Shown here: piece by piece, positions 1 to 13,800 of the stretch
How the letters are laid out: each line of letters starts with the position of its first letter
How positions within the stretch are numbered: position 1 is the first letter of the stretch
Source: Nemertoderma westbladi
Lineage: Eukaryota; Animalia; Xenacoelomorpha
Length of the DNA: 64,000 nucleotides
Assembly (NCBI GenBank): GCA_032718475.1
Contig: JAUCBJ010001978.1
Span: 48,142 to 112,141, forward strand
Direction of reading: 5' to 3'
The notes under the pieces: generated by a model
Database searches by the model: none
The model's input: only the letters and a program-made list of their open reading frames with translations
Told to the model about the DNA's origin: nothing
Translations under genes and position numbers: made by a program

Positions 1-790
1 GTACGCAGACTAAGTCTTACCTTGGCCACAATAAGGCGGTGATCACTGGAGAAGGGTCGAAGTGTAAATGCATTACAGTCTTGTATAGAGCTCTTGTATT
101 TCCTACGAAACAGATTATGGTCTATCTGGGACTTGTGACCACTGGGTCCACTATGAGTCCGTAGCTTTCCAGTTCGCTTCTTGAACTGTGTTCCAGCCGA
201 AAACAATCCATTTCCAGAGATAAAATCCTGAAGATGGACGGAATTTCGGTTAACACTATTGCTATAGACCCAGGGCGATGTAGGTGATTGATACAGACTT
301 GCATTAAAGTCTCCCAGGAATGTTAAAAATGCATGCTGATCCACTCCATCAGTAGCTGCTTGTAGATTGTGGTAGAAATTTTCTACCTCCTCTACAGGGA
401 CAACACTAGTTGGAGAGTAGCACACAATCAGAACCACCTTATGAAACTTCTTAGCCAGTCTTCCAGAACATGAGAAGTGGCAATGGATGATGCGGTTAGA
501 GATTTGGTCTATTTTGTCCAATGCTGCATGTGCAGTTGGATTCATCAATAGACCAATACCACCATTGCCACTATCATCTGCTGAAGCGAGGGCGAGTCGC
601 CAACCGCCCCCCCATGTCCTTATTCAGAACCTCATCAGTCTGTCCTGTCTGCATTCGGTGCTCTTGAACACTCACTGTGCTAAGAGAAAGCTTATCTGCC
701 AAGGCAGTCAGCTCACCTTGTCGCATTGGGGACCCGAGTGTTAGGGTGTTTACTGAGGCTAGTCTAGTGACTTGCCTCAGATTCACCAAT
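1..790 (-). mobile_element. Degraded non-LTR retrotransposon (RTE-like) AP-endonuclease domain fragment
   Basis: Minus-strand frames, with frameshifts, give APE motifs: RLASVNTLTL..., SVQEHR, GNGGIGLL, IVCYSPT, GDFNA and SDHRLIVAKVRLSLR at the window edge. Confidence 0.8.
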
Positions 791-1821
791 GGCTTTGTTG
801 GTCGGGGTGGAACATGAGAGTAGCCTCCAACTCCAGGACTGGTACCCGTACCAGTACCAAGAACAACAGGTTTGGTAATGCTTCAACCAAATAAATTACT
901 CGCTCCATGCATGAATATTATAATATTATTATGTAACCAATTAATTTATAATAATTATAAAATTTAAGTTAACATTTCAAACCATCAATGTCATTTCTCT
1001 AATAGGGTTGGTGCGCGAAAAAATTGTTGGGCTAGAAACAATTGAATAAGGGGTAACAAGGTGCCCTGAATCGAGTCGTGGTGGGGTGTGTTTTTTGTAA
1101 AAACACGTGGATACGGTCTAAATGGCGGGTTTAAGTAAGAGCGGGAAGCCAATTTTCAAAATCGGCTGTGATTGGATGCTACATTTTTGACGTCATTACG
1201 CAGTGCTCTGATAATTTCTTATCTTGGTTTCTATGGAGAGAGATTCGAATTATCCATAATATTATGTATTTAGATAAAATTCTTAAAACAAACAATTCAG
1301 AAACACAAAATCAGTTGAATTTAAAGATATAATTTAGAATATACATGCAAAACTCGTGCAAAGGGGTGTTAACGTTCACATGTTTCGCGTATTTTGTTGA
1401 AGTTAACACCTAGTACGTATAAATATTCCTATGTTTATAATACACAACGGCTGACATGCGGTTACAGTTTGGGTTTCATTTTTTCTCGAAATTGCTGTTA
1501 TTTACCTCAACATTCACCTGGAGATTGTAAAATCTTCACCCACCCACCCCCCCCGACCCCCTCCTACCAACATGCTATTAACGTGCAACTCAAACATACC
1601 AATGCAACTAACCTCTGTGGAATATTTCTGTTTAAATTTCTGAAAATCCCTGGATGTCTAAACACATGAAAAATAAAATCATATCCCAAAATAAACCAAC
1701 ATTATCATAAAGTAAAATAAATAAAATGACATCGTATTAACTTTATTCAACGTTAAGCAATGTATAAACGGGATCATTAACTTTATTCACCATGACGCAA
1801 TGTTTATATAAACGGGATGAA

Positions 1822-4800
1822 ACCTAGCTGCAACCTCTATCGCCGCCCACTAACCCTAGCAGCAACCTCTATCGCCGCCCACTAACCCTAGCTGCAACCT
1901 CTATCGCCGCCCACTAACCCTAGCAGCAACCTCTATCGCCGCCCACTAACCCTAGCTGCAACCTCTATCGCCGCCCACTAACCCTAGCTGCAACCTCTAT
2001 CGCCGCCCACTAACCCTAGCTGCAACCTCTATCGCCGCCCACTAACCCTAGCAGCAACCTCTATCGCCGCCCACTAACCCTAGCAGCAACCTCTATCGCC
2101 GCCCACTAACCCTAGCTGCAACCTCTATCGCCGCCCACTGACACTAGCTGCAACCTCTATCGCCGTCCACTAACCCTAGCTGCAACCTCTATCGCCGCCC
2201 ACTAACCCTCAACCTCTATCGCCGCCCACTAACCCTAGCTGCAACATCTATCGCCGCCCACTAACCCTAGCTGCAACCTCTATCGCCGCCCACTAACCCT
2301 CAACCTCTATCGCCGTCCACTAACCCTCAACCTCTATCTCCGCCCACTAACCCTAGCTGCAACCTCTATCGCCGCCCACTAACCCTAGCTGCAACCTCTA
2401 TCGCCGCCCACTAACCCTAGCTGCAACCTCTATCGCCGCCCACTAACCCTAGCTGCAACCTCTATCGCCGTCCACTAACCCTAGCTGCAACCTCTATCGC
2501 CGCCCACTAACCCTCAACCTCTATCTCCACCCACTAACCCTAGCTGCAACCTCTATCGCCGCCCACTAACCCTAGCTGCAACCTCTATCGCCGCCCACTA
2601 ACCCTAGCTGCAACCTCTATCGCCGCCCACTAACCCTAGGCTGAAACCTCTATCGCCGCCCACTAACCCTAGCTGCAACCTCTATCGCCGCCCACTAACC
2701 CTAGCAGCAACCTCTATCGCCGCCCACTAACCCTAGCTGCAACCTCTATCGCCGCCCACTAACCCTCAACCTCTATCGCCGTCCACTAACCCTCAACCTC
2801 TATCTCCGCCCACTAACCCTAGCTGCAACCTCTATCGCCGCCCACTAACCCTAGCTGCAACCTCTATCGCCGCCCACTAACCCTAGCTGCAACCTCTATC
2901 GCCGCCCACTAACCCTAGCTGCAACCTCTATCGCTGCCCACTAACCCTCAACCTCTATCGCCGTCCACTAACCCTCAACCTCTATCTCCGCCCACTAACC
3001 CTAGCTGCAACCTCTATCGCCGCCCACTAACCCTAACAGCAACCTCTATCGCCGCCCACTAACCCTAGCTGCAACCTCTATCGCCGCCCACTAACCCTCA
3101 ACCTCTATCGCCGTCCACTAACCCTCAACCTCTATCTCCGCCCACTAACCCTAGCTGCAACCTCTATCGCCGCCCACTAACCCTAGCTGCAACCTCTATC
3201 GCCGCCCACTAACCCTAGCTGCAACCTCTATCGCCGCCCACTAACCCTAGCTGCAACCTCTATCGCCGCCCACTAACCCTAGCTGCAACCTCTATCGCCG
3301 CCCACTAACCCTAGCTGCAACCTCTATCGCCGCCCACTAACCCTAGCTGAAACCTCTATCGCCGTCCACTAACCCTCGACCTCTATCGCCGCCCACTAAC
3401 CCTCGACCTCTATCGCCGCCCACTAACCCTAGCTGCAACCTCTATCGCCGCCCACTAACCCTAGCAGCAACCTCTATCGCCGCCCACTAACCCTAGCTGA
3501 AACCTCTATCGCCGTCCACTAACCCTCAACCTCTATCGCCGCCCACGAACCCTAGGCAGCAACCTCTATCGCCGCCCACTAACCCTCAACCTCTATCGCC
3601 GCCCACTAACCCTAGCTGCAACCTCTATCGCCGCCCACTAACCCTCAACCTCTATCTCCGCCCACTAACCCTAGCTGCAACCTCTATCGCCGTCCACTAA
3701 CCCTAGCTGCAACCTCTATCGCCGCCCACTAACCCTAGCTGCAACCTCTATCGCCGCCCACTAACCCTAGCTGCAACCTCTATCGCCGCCCACTAACCCT
3801 AGCAGCAACCTCTATCGCCGCCCACTAACCCTAGCAGCAACCTCTATCGCCGCCCACTAACCCTCAACCTCTATCGCCGCCCACTAACCATAGCTGCAAC
3901 CTCTATCGCCGCCCACTAACCATAGCTGCAACCTCTATCGCCGCCCACTAACCCTCAACCTCTATCACCGTCCACTAACCCTAGGCTGCAACCTCTATCG
4001 CCGCCCACTAACCCTAGCTGCAACCTCTATCGCCGCCCACTAACCCTAGCAGCAACCTCTATCGCCGCCCACTAACCCTAGCAGCAACCTCTATCGCCGC
4101 CCACTAACCCTAGCTGCAACCTCTATCGCCGCCCACTAACCCTAGCAGCAACCTCTATCGCCGCCCACTAACCCTTGCTGCAACCTCTATCGCCGCCCAC
4201 TAACCCTAGGCTGCAACCTCTATCGCCGTCCACTAACCCTCAACCTCTATCGCCGTCCACTAACCCTCAACCTCTATCGCCGTCCACTAACCCTAGCAGC
4301 AACCTCTATCGCCGCCCACTAACCCTAGCTGCAACCTCTATCGCCGCCCACTAACCCTAGCTGCAACCTCTATCGCCGCCCACTAACCCTAGCTGCAACC
4401 TCTATCGCCGCCCACTAACCATAGCTGCAACCTCTATCGCCGTCCACTAACCCTCAACCTCTATCGCCGTCCACTAACCCTCAACCTCTATCGCCGCCCA
4501 CTAACCATAGCTGCAACCTATATCGCCGTCCACTAACCCTCGACCTCTATCGCCGCCCACTAACCCTAGCTGCAACCTCTATCGCCGCCCACTAACCCTC
4601 AACCTCTATCGCCGCCCACTAACCCTAGCTGCAACCTCTATCGCCGCCCACTAACCCTCAACCTCTATCTCCGCCCACTAACCCTAGCTGCAACCTCTAT
4701 CGCCGTCCACTAACCCTAGCTGCAACCTCTATCGCCGCCCACTAACCCTAGCTGCAACCTCTATCGCCGCCCACTAACCCTAGCTGCAACCTCTATCGCC

Positions 4801-7800
4801 GCCCACTAACCCTAGCAGCAACCTCTATCGCCGCCCACTAACCCTAGCAGCAACCTCTATCGCCGCCCACTAACCCTCAACCTCTATCGCCGCCCACTAA
4901 CCATAGCTGCAACCTCTATCGCCGCCCACTAACCATAGCTGCAACCTCTATCGCCGCCCACTAACCCTCAACCTCTATCACCGTCCACTAACCCTAGGCT
5001 GCAACCTCTATCGCCGCCCACTAACCCTAGCTGCAACCTCTATCGCCGCCCACTAACCCTAGCAGCAACCTCTATCGCCGCCCACTAACCCTAGCAGCAA
5101 CCTCTATCGCCGCCCACTAACCCTAGCTGCAACCTCTATCGCCGCCCACTAACCCTAGCAGCAACCTCTATCGCCGCCCACTAACCCTTGCTGCAACCTC
5201 TATCGCCGCCCACTAACCCTAGGCTGCAACCTCTATCGCCGTCCACTAACCCTCAACCTCTATCGCCGTCCACTAACCCTCAACCTCTATCGCCGTCCAC
5301 TAACCCTAGCAGCAACCTCTATCGCCGCCCACTAACCCTAGCTGCAACCTCTATCGCCGCCCACTAACCCTAGCTGCAACCTCTATCGCCGCCCACTAAC
5401 CCTAGCTGCAACCTCTATCGCCGCCCACTAACCATAGCTGCAACCTCTATCGCCGTCCACTAACCCTCAACCTCTATCGCCGTCCACTAACCCTCAACCT
5501 CTATCGCCGCCCACTAACCATAGCTGCAACCTATATCGCCGTCCACTAACCCTCGACCTCTATCGCCGCCCACTAACCCTAGCTGCAACCTCTATCGCCG
5601 CCCACTAACCCTAGCTGCAACCTCTATCGCCGCCCACTAACCCTCAACCTCTATCGCCGCCCACTAACCCTCAACCTCTATTGCCGCCCACTAACTCTAG
5701 GCTGCAACCTCTATCGCCGCCCACTAACCCTAGGCTGCAACCTCTATCGCCGCCCACTAACCCTAGCTGCAACCTCTATCGCCGCCCACTAACCCTCACC
5801 CTCTATCGCCGTCCACTAACCCTCAACCTCTATCGCCGTCCACTAACCCTCAACCTCTATCGCCGCCCACTAACCCTAGCAGCAACCTCTATCGCCGCCC
5901 ACTAACCCTAGCTGCAACCTCTATCGCCGCCCACTAACCCTCAACCTCTATCGCCGCCCACTAACCCTCAACCTCTATTGCCGCCCACTAACTCTAGGCT
6001 GCAACCTCTATCGCCGCCCACTAACCCTAGGCTGCAACCTCTATCGCCGCCCACTAACCCTAGCTGCAACCTCTATCGCCGCCCACTAACCCTCAACCTC
6101 TATCGCCGTCCACTAACCCTCAACCTCTATCGCCGCCCACTAACCATAGCTGCAACCTATATCGCCGTCCACTAACCCTCGACCTCTATCGCCGCCCACT
6201 AACCCTAGCTGCAACCTCTATCGCCGCCCACTAACCCTCAACCTCTATCGCCGCCCACTAACCCTCAACCTCTATTGCCGCCCACTAACTCTAGGCTGCA
6301 ACCTCTATCGCCGCCCACTAACCCTAGGCTGCAACCTATATCGCCGCCCACTAACCCTAGCTGCAACCTCTATCGCCGTCCACTAACCCTAGCTGCAACC
6401 TCTATCGCCACCCACTAACCATAGCTGCAACCTCTATCGCCGCCCACTAACCCTAGGCTGCAACCTATATCGCCGCCAACCAACCCTAGCTGCAACCTCT
6501 ATCGCCGTCCACTAACCCTAGCTGCAACCTCTATCGCCGTCCACTAACCCTAGCTGCAACCTCTATCGCCGTCCACTAACCCTAGCTGCAACCTCTATCG
6601 CCGCCCACTAACCCTAGCTGCAACCTCTATCGCCGCCCACTAACCCTAGCTGCAACCTCTATCGCCGTCCACTAACCCTAGCTGCAACCTCTATCGCCGC
6701 CCACTAACCCTAGCTGCAACCTCTATCGCCGTCCACTAACCCTAGCTGCAACCTCTATCGCCACCCACTAACCCTAGCTGCAACCTCTATCGCCGTCCAC
6801 TAACCCTAGCTGCAACCTCTATCGCCGTCCACTAACCCTAGCTGCAACCTCTATCGCCGTCCACTAACCCTAGCTGCAACCTCTATCGCCGTCCACTAAC
6901 CCTAGCTGCAACCTCTATCGCCGTCCACTAACCCTAGCTGCAACCTCTATCGCCGTCCACTAACCCTAGCTGCAACCTCTATCGCCGCCCACTAACCCTA
7001 GCTGCAACCTCTATCGCCGTCCACTAACCCTAGCTGCAACCTCTATCGCCACCCACTAACCATAGCTGCAACCTCTATCGCCGCCCACTAACCCTAGGCT
7101 GCAACCTATATCGCCGCCCACTAACCCTAGCTGCAACCTCTATCGCCGTCCACTAACCCTAGCTGCAACCTCTATCGCCGTCCACTAACCCTAGCTGCAA
7201 CCTCTATCGCCGCCCACTAACCCTAGCTGCAACCTCTATCGCCGCCCACTAACCATAGCTGCAACCTATATCGCCGCCCACTAACCCTCGACCTCTATCG
7301 CCGCCCACTAACCCTAGCAGCAACCTCTATCGCCGCCCACTAACCCTAGCAGCAACCTCTATCGCCGCCCACTAACCCTAGCTGCAACCTCTATCGCCGC
7401 CCACTAACCCTTGCTGCAACCTCTATCGCCGCCCACTAACCATAGCTGCAACCTCTATAGCCGCCCACTAACCCTAGGCTGCAACCTCTATCGCCGTCCA
7501 CTAACCCTAGCAGCAACCTCTATCGCCGTCCACTAACCCTAGCTGCAACCTCTATCGCCGTCCACTAACCCTAGCAGCAACCTCTATTGCCGCCCACTAA
7601 CCCTAGCTGCAACCTCTATCGCCGTCCACTAACCCTCAACCTCTATCTCCGCCCACTAACCATAGCTGCAACCTCTATCGCCGCCCACTAACCCTAGCTG
7701 CAACCTCTATCACCGCCCACTAACCCTAGCTGCAACCTCTATCGCCGCCCACTAACCCTCAACCTCTATCTCCGCCCACTAACCCTAGCTGCAACCTCTA

Positions 7801-10800
7801 TCGCCGCCCACTAACCATAGCTGCAACCTCTATCGCCGCCCACTAACCCTTGCTGCAACCTCTATCGCCGCCCACTAACCCTAGCTGCAACCTCTATCGC
7901 CGCCCACTAACCCTCAACCTCTATCGCCGCCCACTAACCCTAGCTGCAACCTCTATCGCCGCCCACTAACCCTAGCTGCAACCTCTATCGCCGTCCACTA
8001 ACCCTCAACCTCTATCGCCGTCCACTAACCCTAGCTGCAACCTCTATCGCCGCCCACTAACCCTAGCTACAACCTCTATCGCCGCCCACTAACCCTAGCT
8101 GCAACCTCTATCGCCGTCCACTAACCCTAGCTGCAACCTCTATCGCCGCCCACTAACCCTCAACCTCTATCGCCGCCCACTAACCCTAGCTGCAACCTCT
8201 ATCGCCGCCCACTAACCCTAGCTGCAACCTCTATCGCCGTCCACTAACCCTCAACCTCTATCGCCGTCCACTAACCCTAGCTGCAACCTCTATCGCCGCC
8301 CACTAACCCTAGCTACAACCTCTATCGCCGCCCACTAACCTTAGCTGCAACCTCTATCGCCGCCCACTAACCATAGCTGCAACCTCTATCGCCGCCCACT
8401 AACCCTTGCTGCAACCTCTATCCCCGCCCACTAACCCTAGCTGCAACCTCTATCGCCGCCCACTAACCCTCAACCTCTATCGCCGCCCACTAACCCTAGC
8501 TGCAACCTCTATCGCCGCCCACTAACCCTAGCTGCAACCTCTATCGCCGTCCACTAACCCTCAACCTCTATCGCCGTCCACTATCCCTAGCTGCAACCTC
8601 TATCGCCGCCCACTAACCCTAGCTACAACCTCTATCGCCGCCCACTAACCCTAGCTGCAACCTCTATCGCCGTCCACTAACCCTAGCTGCAACCTCTATC
8701 GCCGCCCATTAACCCTCAACCTCTATCGCCGCCCACTAACCCTAGCTGCAACCTCTATCGCCGCCCACTAACCCTAGCTGCAACCTCTATCGCCGTCCAC
8801 TAACCCTCAACCTCTATCGCCGTCCACTAACCCTAGCTGCAACCTCTATCGCCGCCCACTAACCCTAGCTACAACCTCTATCGCCGCCCACTAACCCTAG
8901 CTGCAACCTCTATCGCCGCCCACTAACCATAGCTGCAACCTATATCGCCGTCCACTAACCCTCAACCTCTATCGCCGCCCACTAACCCTAGCTGCAACCT
9001 CTATCGCCGCCCACTAACCCTCAACCTCTATCGCCGCCCACTAACCCTAGCTGCAACCTCTATCGCCGCCCACTAACCCTAGCTGCAACCTCTATCGCCG
9101 TCCACTAACCCTCAACCTCTATCGCCGTCCACTAACCCTAGCTGCAACCTCTATCGCCGCCCACTAACCCTAGCTACAACCTCTATCGCCGCCCACTAAC
9201 CCTAGCTGCAACCTCTATCGCCGCCCACTAACCATAGCTGCAACCTATATCGCCGTCCACTAACCCTCAACCTCTATCTCCGCCCACTAACCATAGCTGC
9301 AACCTCTATCGCCGCCCACTAACCCTAGCTGCAACCTCTATCACCTCCCACTAACCCTAGCTGCAACCTCTATCGCCGCCCACTAACCCTCAACCTCTAT
9401 CTCCGCCCACTAACCCTAGCTGCAACCTCTATCGCCGCCCACTAACCATAGCTGCAACCTCTATCGCCGCCCACTAACCCTTGCTGCAACCTCTATCGCC
9501 GCCCACTAACCCTAGCTGCAACCTCTATCGCCGCCCACTAACCCTCAACCTCTATCGCCGCCCACTAACCCTAGCAGCAACCTCTATCGCCGCCCACTAA
9601 CCCTTGCTGCAACCTCTATCGCCGCCCACTAACCATAGCTGCAACCTCTATCGCCGCCCACTAACCCTAGCTGCAACCTCTATCGCCGCCCACTAACCCT
9701 AGCTGCAACCTCTATCGCCGCCCACTAACCCTCAACCTCTATCGCCGCCCACTAACCCTAGCTGCAACGTCTATAGCCGTCCACTAACCCTAGCTGCAAC
9801 CTCTATCGCCGCCCACTAACCCTCAACCTCTATCGCCGTCCACTAACCCTCAACCTCTATCTCCGCCCACTAACCCTAGCTGCAACCTCTATCGCCGCCC
9901 ACTAACCCTAGCAGCAACCTCTATCGCCGCCCACTAACCCTAGCAGCAACCTCTATCGCCGACCACTAACCCTAGCTGCAACCTCTATCGCCGCCCACTA
10001 ACCCTAGCTGCAACCTCTATCGCCGCCCACTAACCCTAGCTGCAACCTCTATCGCCGCCCACTAACCATAGCTGCAACCTATATCGCCGTCCACTAACCC
10101 TCAACCTCTATCGCCGCCCACTAACCCTAGCTGCAACCTCTATCGCCGCCCACTAACCCTCAACCTCTATCGCCGCCCACTAACCCTAGCTGCAACCTCT
10201 ATCGCCGCCCACTAACCCTAGCTGCAACCTCTATCGCCGTCCACTAACCCTCAACCTCTATCGCCGTCCACTAACCCTAGCTGCAACCTCTATCGCCGCC
10301 CACTAACCCTAGCTACAACCTCTATCGCCGCCCACTAACCCTAGCTGCAACCTCTATCGCCGCCCACTAACCATAGCTGCAACCTATATCGCCGTCCACT
10401 AACCCTCAACCTCTATCTCCGCCCACTAACCATAGCTGCAACCTCTATCGCCGCCCACTAACCCTAGCTGCAACCTCTATCACCTCCCACTAACCCTAGC
10501 TGCAACCTCTATCGCCGCCCACTAACCCTCAACCTCTATCTCCGCCCACTAACCCTAGCTGCAACCTCTATCGCCGCCCACTAACCATAGCTGCAACCTC
10601 TATCGCCGCCCACTAACCCTTGCTGCAACCTCTATCGCCGCCCACTAACCCTAGCTGCAACCTCTATCGCCGCCCACTAACCCTCAACCTCTATCGCCGC
10701 CCACTAACCCTAGCAGCAACCTCTATCGCCGCCCACTAACCCTTGCTGCAACCTCTATCGCCGCCCACTAACCATAGCTGCAACCTCTATCGCCGCCCAC

Positions 10801-13800
10801 TAACCCTAGCTGCAACCTCTATCGCCGCCCACTAACCCTAGCTGCAACCTCTATCGCCGCCCACTAACCCTCAACCTCTATCGCCGCCCACTAACCCTAG
10901 CTGCAACGTCTATCGCCGTCCACTAACCCTAGCTGCAACCTCTATCGCCGCCCACTAACCCTCAACCTCTATCGCCGTCCACTAACCCTCAACCTCTATC
11001 TCCGCCCACTAACCCTAGCTGCAACCTCTATCGCCGCCCACTAACCCTAGCAGCAACCTCTATCGCCGACCACTAACCCTAGCTGCAACCTCTATCGCCG
11101 CCCACTAACCCTAGCTGCAACCTCTATCGCCGCCCACTAACCCTAGCTGCAACCTCTATCGCCGCCCACTAACCCTAGCTGCAACCTATATCGCCGCCCA
11201 CTAACCCTAGCTGCAACCTCTATCGCCGCCCACTAACCCTAGCAGCAACCTCTATCGCCGACCACTAACCCTAGCTGCAACCTCTATCGCCGCCCACTAA
11301 CCCTAGCTGCAACCTCTATCGCCGCCCACTAACCCTAGCTGCAACCTCTATCGCCGTCCACTAACCATAGCAGCAACCTCTATCGCCGCCCACTAACCCT
11401 AGCTGAAACCTCTATCGCCGTCCACTAACCCTCAACCTCTATCGCCGCCCACTAACCCTAGCAGCAACCTCTATCGCCGCCCACTAACCCTAGCTGCAAC
11501 CTCTATCGCCGCCCACTAACCCTAGGCTGAAACCTCTATCGCCGCCCACTAACCATAGCTGCAACCTCTATCGCCGCCCACTAACCCTCAACCTCTATCA
11601 CCGTCCACTAACCCTAGGCTGCAACCTCTATCGCCGCCCACTAACCCTAGCTGCAACCTCTATCGCCGCCCACTAACCCTAGCAGCAACCTCTATCGCCG
11701 CCCACTAACCCTAGCAGCAACCTCTATCGCCGCCCACTAACCCTAGCTGCAACCTCTATCGCCGCCCACTAACCCTAGCAGCAATCTCTATCGCCGCCCA
11801 CTAACCCTAGCAGCAACCTCTATCGCCGCCCACTAACCCTAGCTACAACCTCTATCGCCGCCCACTAACCCTAGCTGCAACCTCTATCGCCGTCCACTAA
11901 CCCTAGCTGCAACCTCTATCGCCGCCCACTAACCCTAGCTGCAACCTCTATCGCCGCCCACTAACCCTAGCTGCAACCTCTATCGCCGCCCACTAACCCT
12001 AGCTGCAACCTCTATCGCCGTCCACTAACCCTAGCTGCAACCTCTATCGCCGTCCACTAACCCTAGCAGCAACCTCTATCGCCGCCCACTAACCCTCAAC
12101 CTCTATCGCCGTCCACTAACCCTCAACCTCTATCGCCGCCCACTAACCCTAGCTGCAACCTCTATCGCCGCCCACTGACACTAGCTGCAACCTCTATCGC
12201 CGTCCACTAACCCTAGCTGCAACCTCTATCGCCGCCCACTAACCCCCAACCTCTATCGCCGCCCACTAACCCTAGCAGCAACCTCTATCGCCGCCCACTA
12301 ACCCTAGCTGCAACCTCTATTGTCTCCCACTAACCCTAGCTGCAACCTCTATCGCCGCCCACTAACCCTAGCTGCAACCTCTATCGCCGTCCACTAACCC
12401 TAGTTGCAATCTCTATCGCCGCCCACTAACCCTAGCTGCAACCTCTATCGCCGCCCACTAACCCTAGCTGCAACCTCTATCGCCGCCCACTAACCCTAGC
12501 AGCAATCTCTATCGCCGCCCACTAACCCTAGCTGCAACCTCTATCGCCGCCCACTAACCCTAGCTGCAACCTCTATCGCCGCCCACTAACCCTAGCAGCA
12601 ACCTCTATCGCCGCCCACTAACCCTAGCTGCAACCTCTATCGCCGCCCACTAACCCTAGCAGCAACCTCTATCGCCGCCCACTAACCCTAGCTGCAACCT
12701 CTATCGCCGCCCACTAACCCTAGCTGCAACCTCTATCGCCGCCCACTAACCCTAGCTGCAACCTCTATCGCCGCCCACTAACCCTAGCAGCAACCTCTAT
12801 CGCCGCCCACTAACCCTAGCTGCAACCTCTATCGCCGCCCACTAACCCTCAACCTCTATCGCCGCCCACTAACCCTAGCAGCAACCTCTATCGCCGCCCA
12901 CTAACCCTAGCTGCAACCTCTATCGCCGCCCACTAACCCTAGCTGCAACCTCTATCGCCGCCCACTAACCCTAGCAGCAACCTCTATCGCCGCCCACTAA
13001 CCCTAGCTGCAACCTCTATCGCCGCCCACTAACCCTCAACCTCTATCGCCGCCCACTAACCCTAGCTGCAACCTCTATCGCCGCCCACTAACCCTGGCTG
13101 CAACCTCTATCGCCGCCCACTAACCCTAGCAGCAACCTCTATCGCCGCCCACTAACCCTAGCTGCAACGTCTATTGCCGTCCACTAACCCTAGGCTGAAA
13201 CCTCTATCGCCGCCCACTAACCCTAGCTGCAACCTCTATCGCCGCCCACTAACCCTAGCAGCAACCTCTATCGCCGCCCACTAACCCTAGCTGCAACCTC
13301 TATCGCCGCCCACTAACCCTAGCAGCAACCTCTATCGCCGCCCACGAACCCTAGCTGCAACCTCTATCGCCGCCCACTAACCCTAGCAGCAACCTCTATC
13401 GCCGTCTACTAACCCTAGCTGCAACCTCTATCGCCGCCCACTAACCCTAGCTGCAACCTCTATCGCCGCCCACTAACCCTAGCAGCAACCTCTATCGCCG
13501 CCCACTAACCCTAGCTGCAACCTCTATCGCCGCCCACTAACCCTGGCTGCAACCTCTATCGCCGCCCACTAACCCTAGCTGCAACCTCTATCGCCGCCCA
13601 CTAACCCTAGCAGCAACCTCTATCGCCGCCCACTAACCCTAGCTGCAACCTCTATCGCCGCCCACTAACCCTAGCAGCAACCTCTATCGCCGCCCACTAA
13701 CCCTAGCAGCAACCTCTATCGCCGCCCACTAACCCTAGCTGCAACCTCTATCGCCGCCCACTAACCCTCAACCTCTATCGCCGCCCACTAACCCTCAACC

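Noticed and set aside
5681-6175. Short ORFs MPPTNSRLQPLSPP...
   Set aside because: Chance open frames in the satellite with non-ATG starts.
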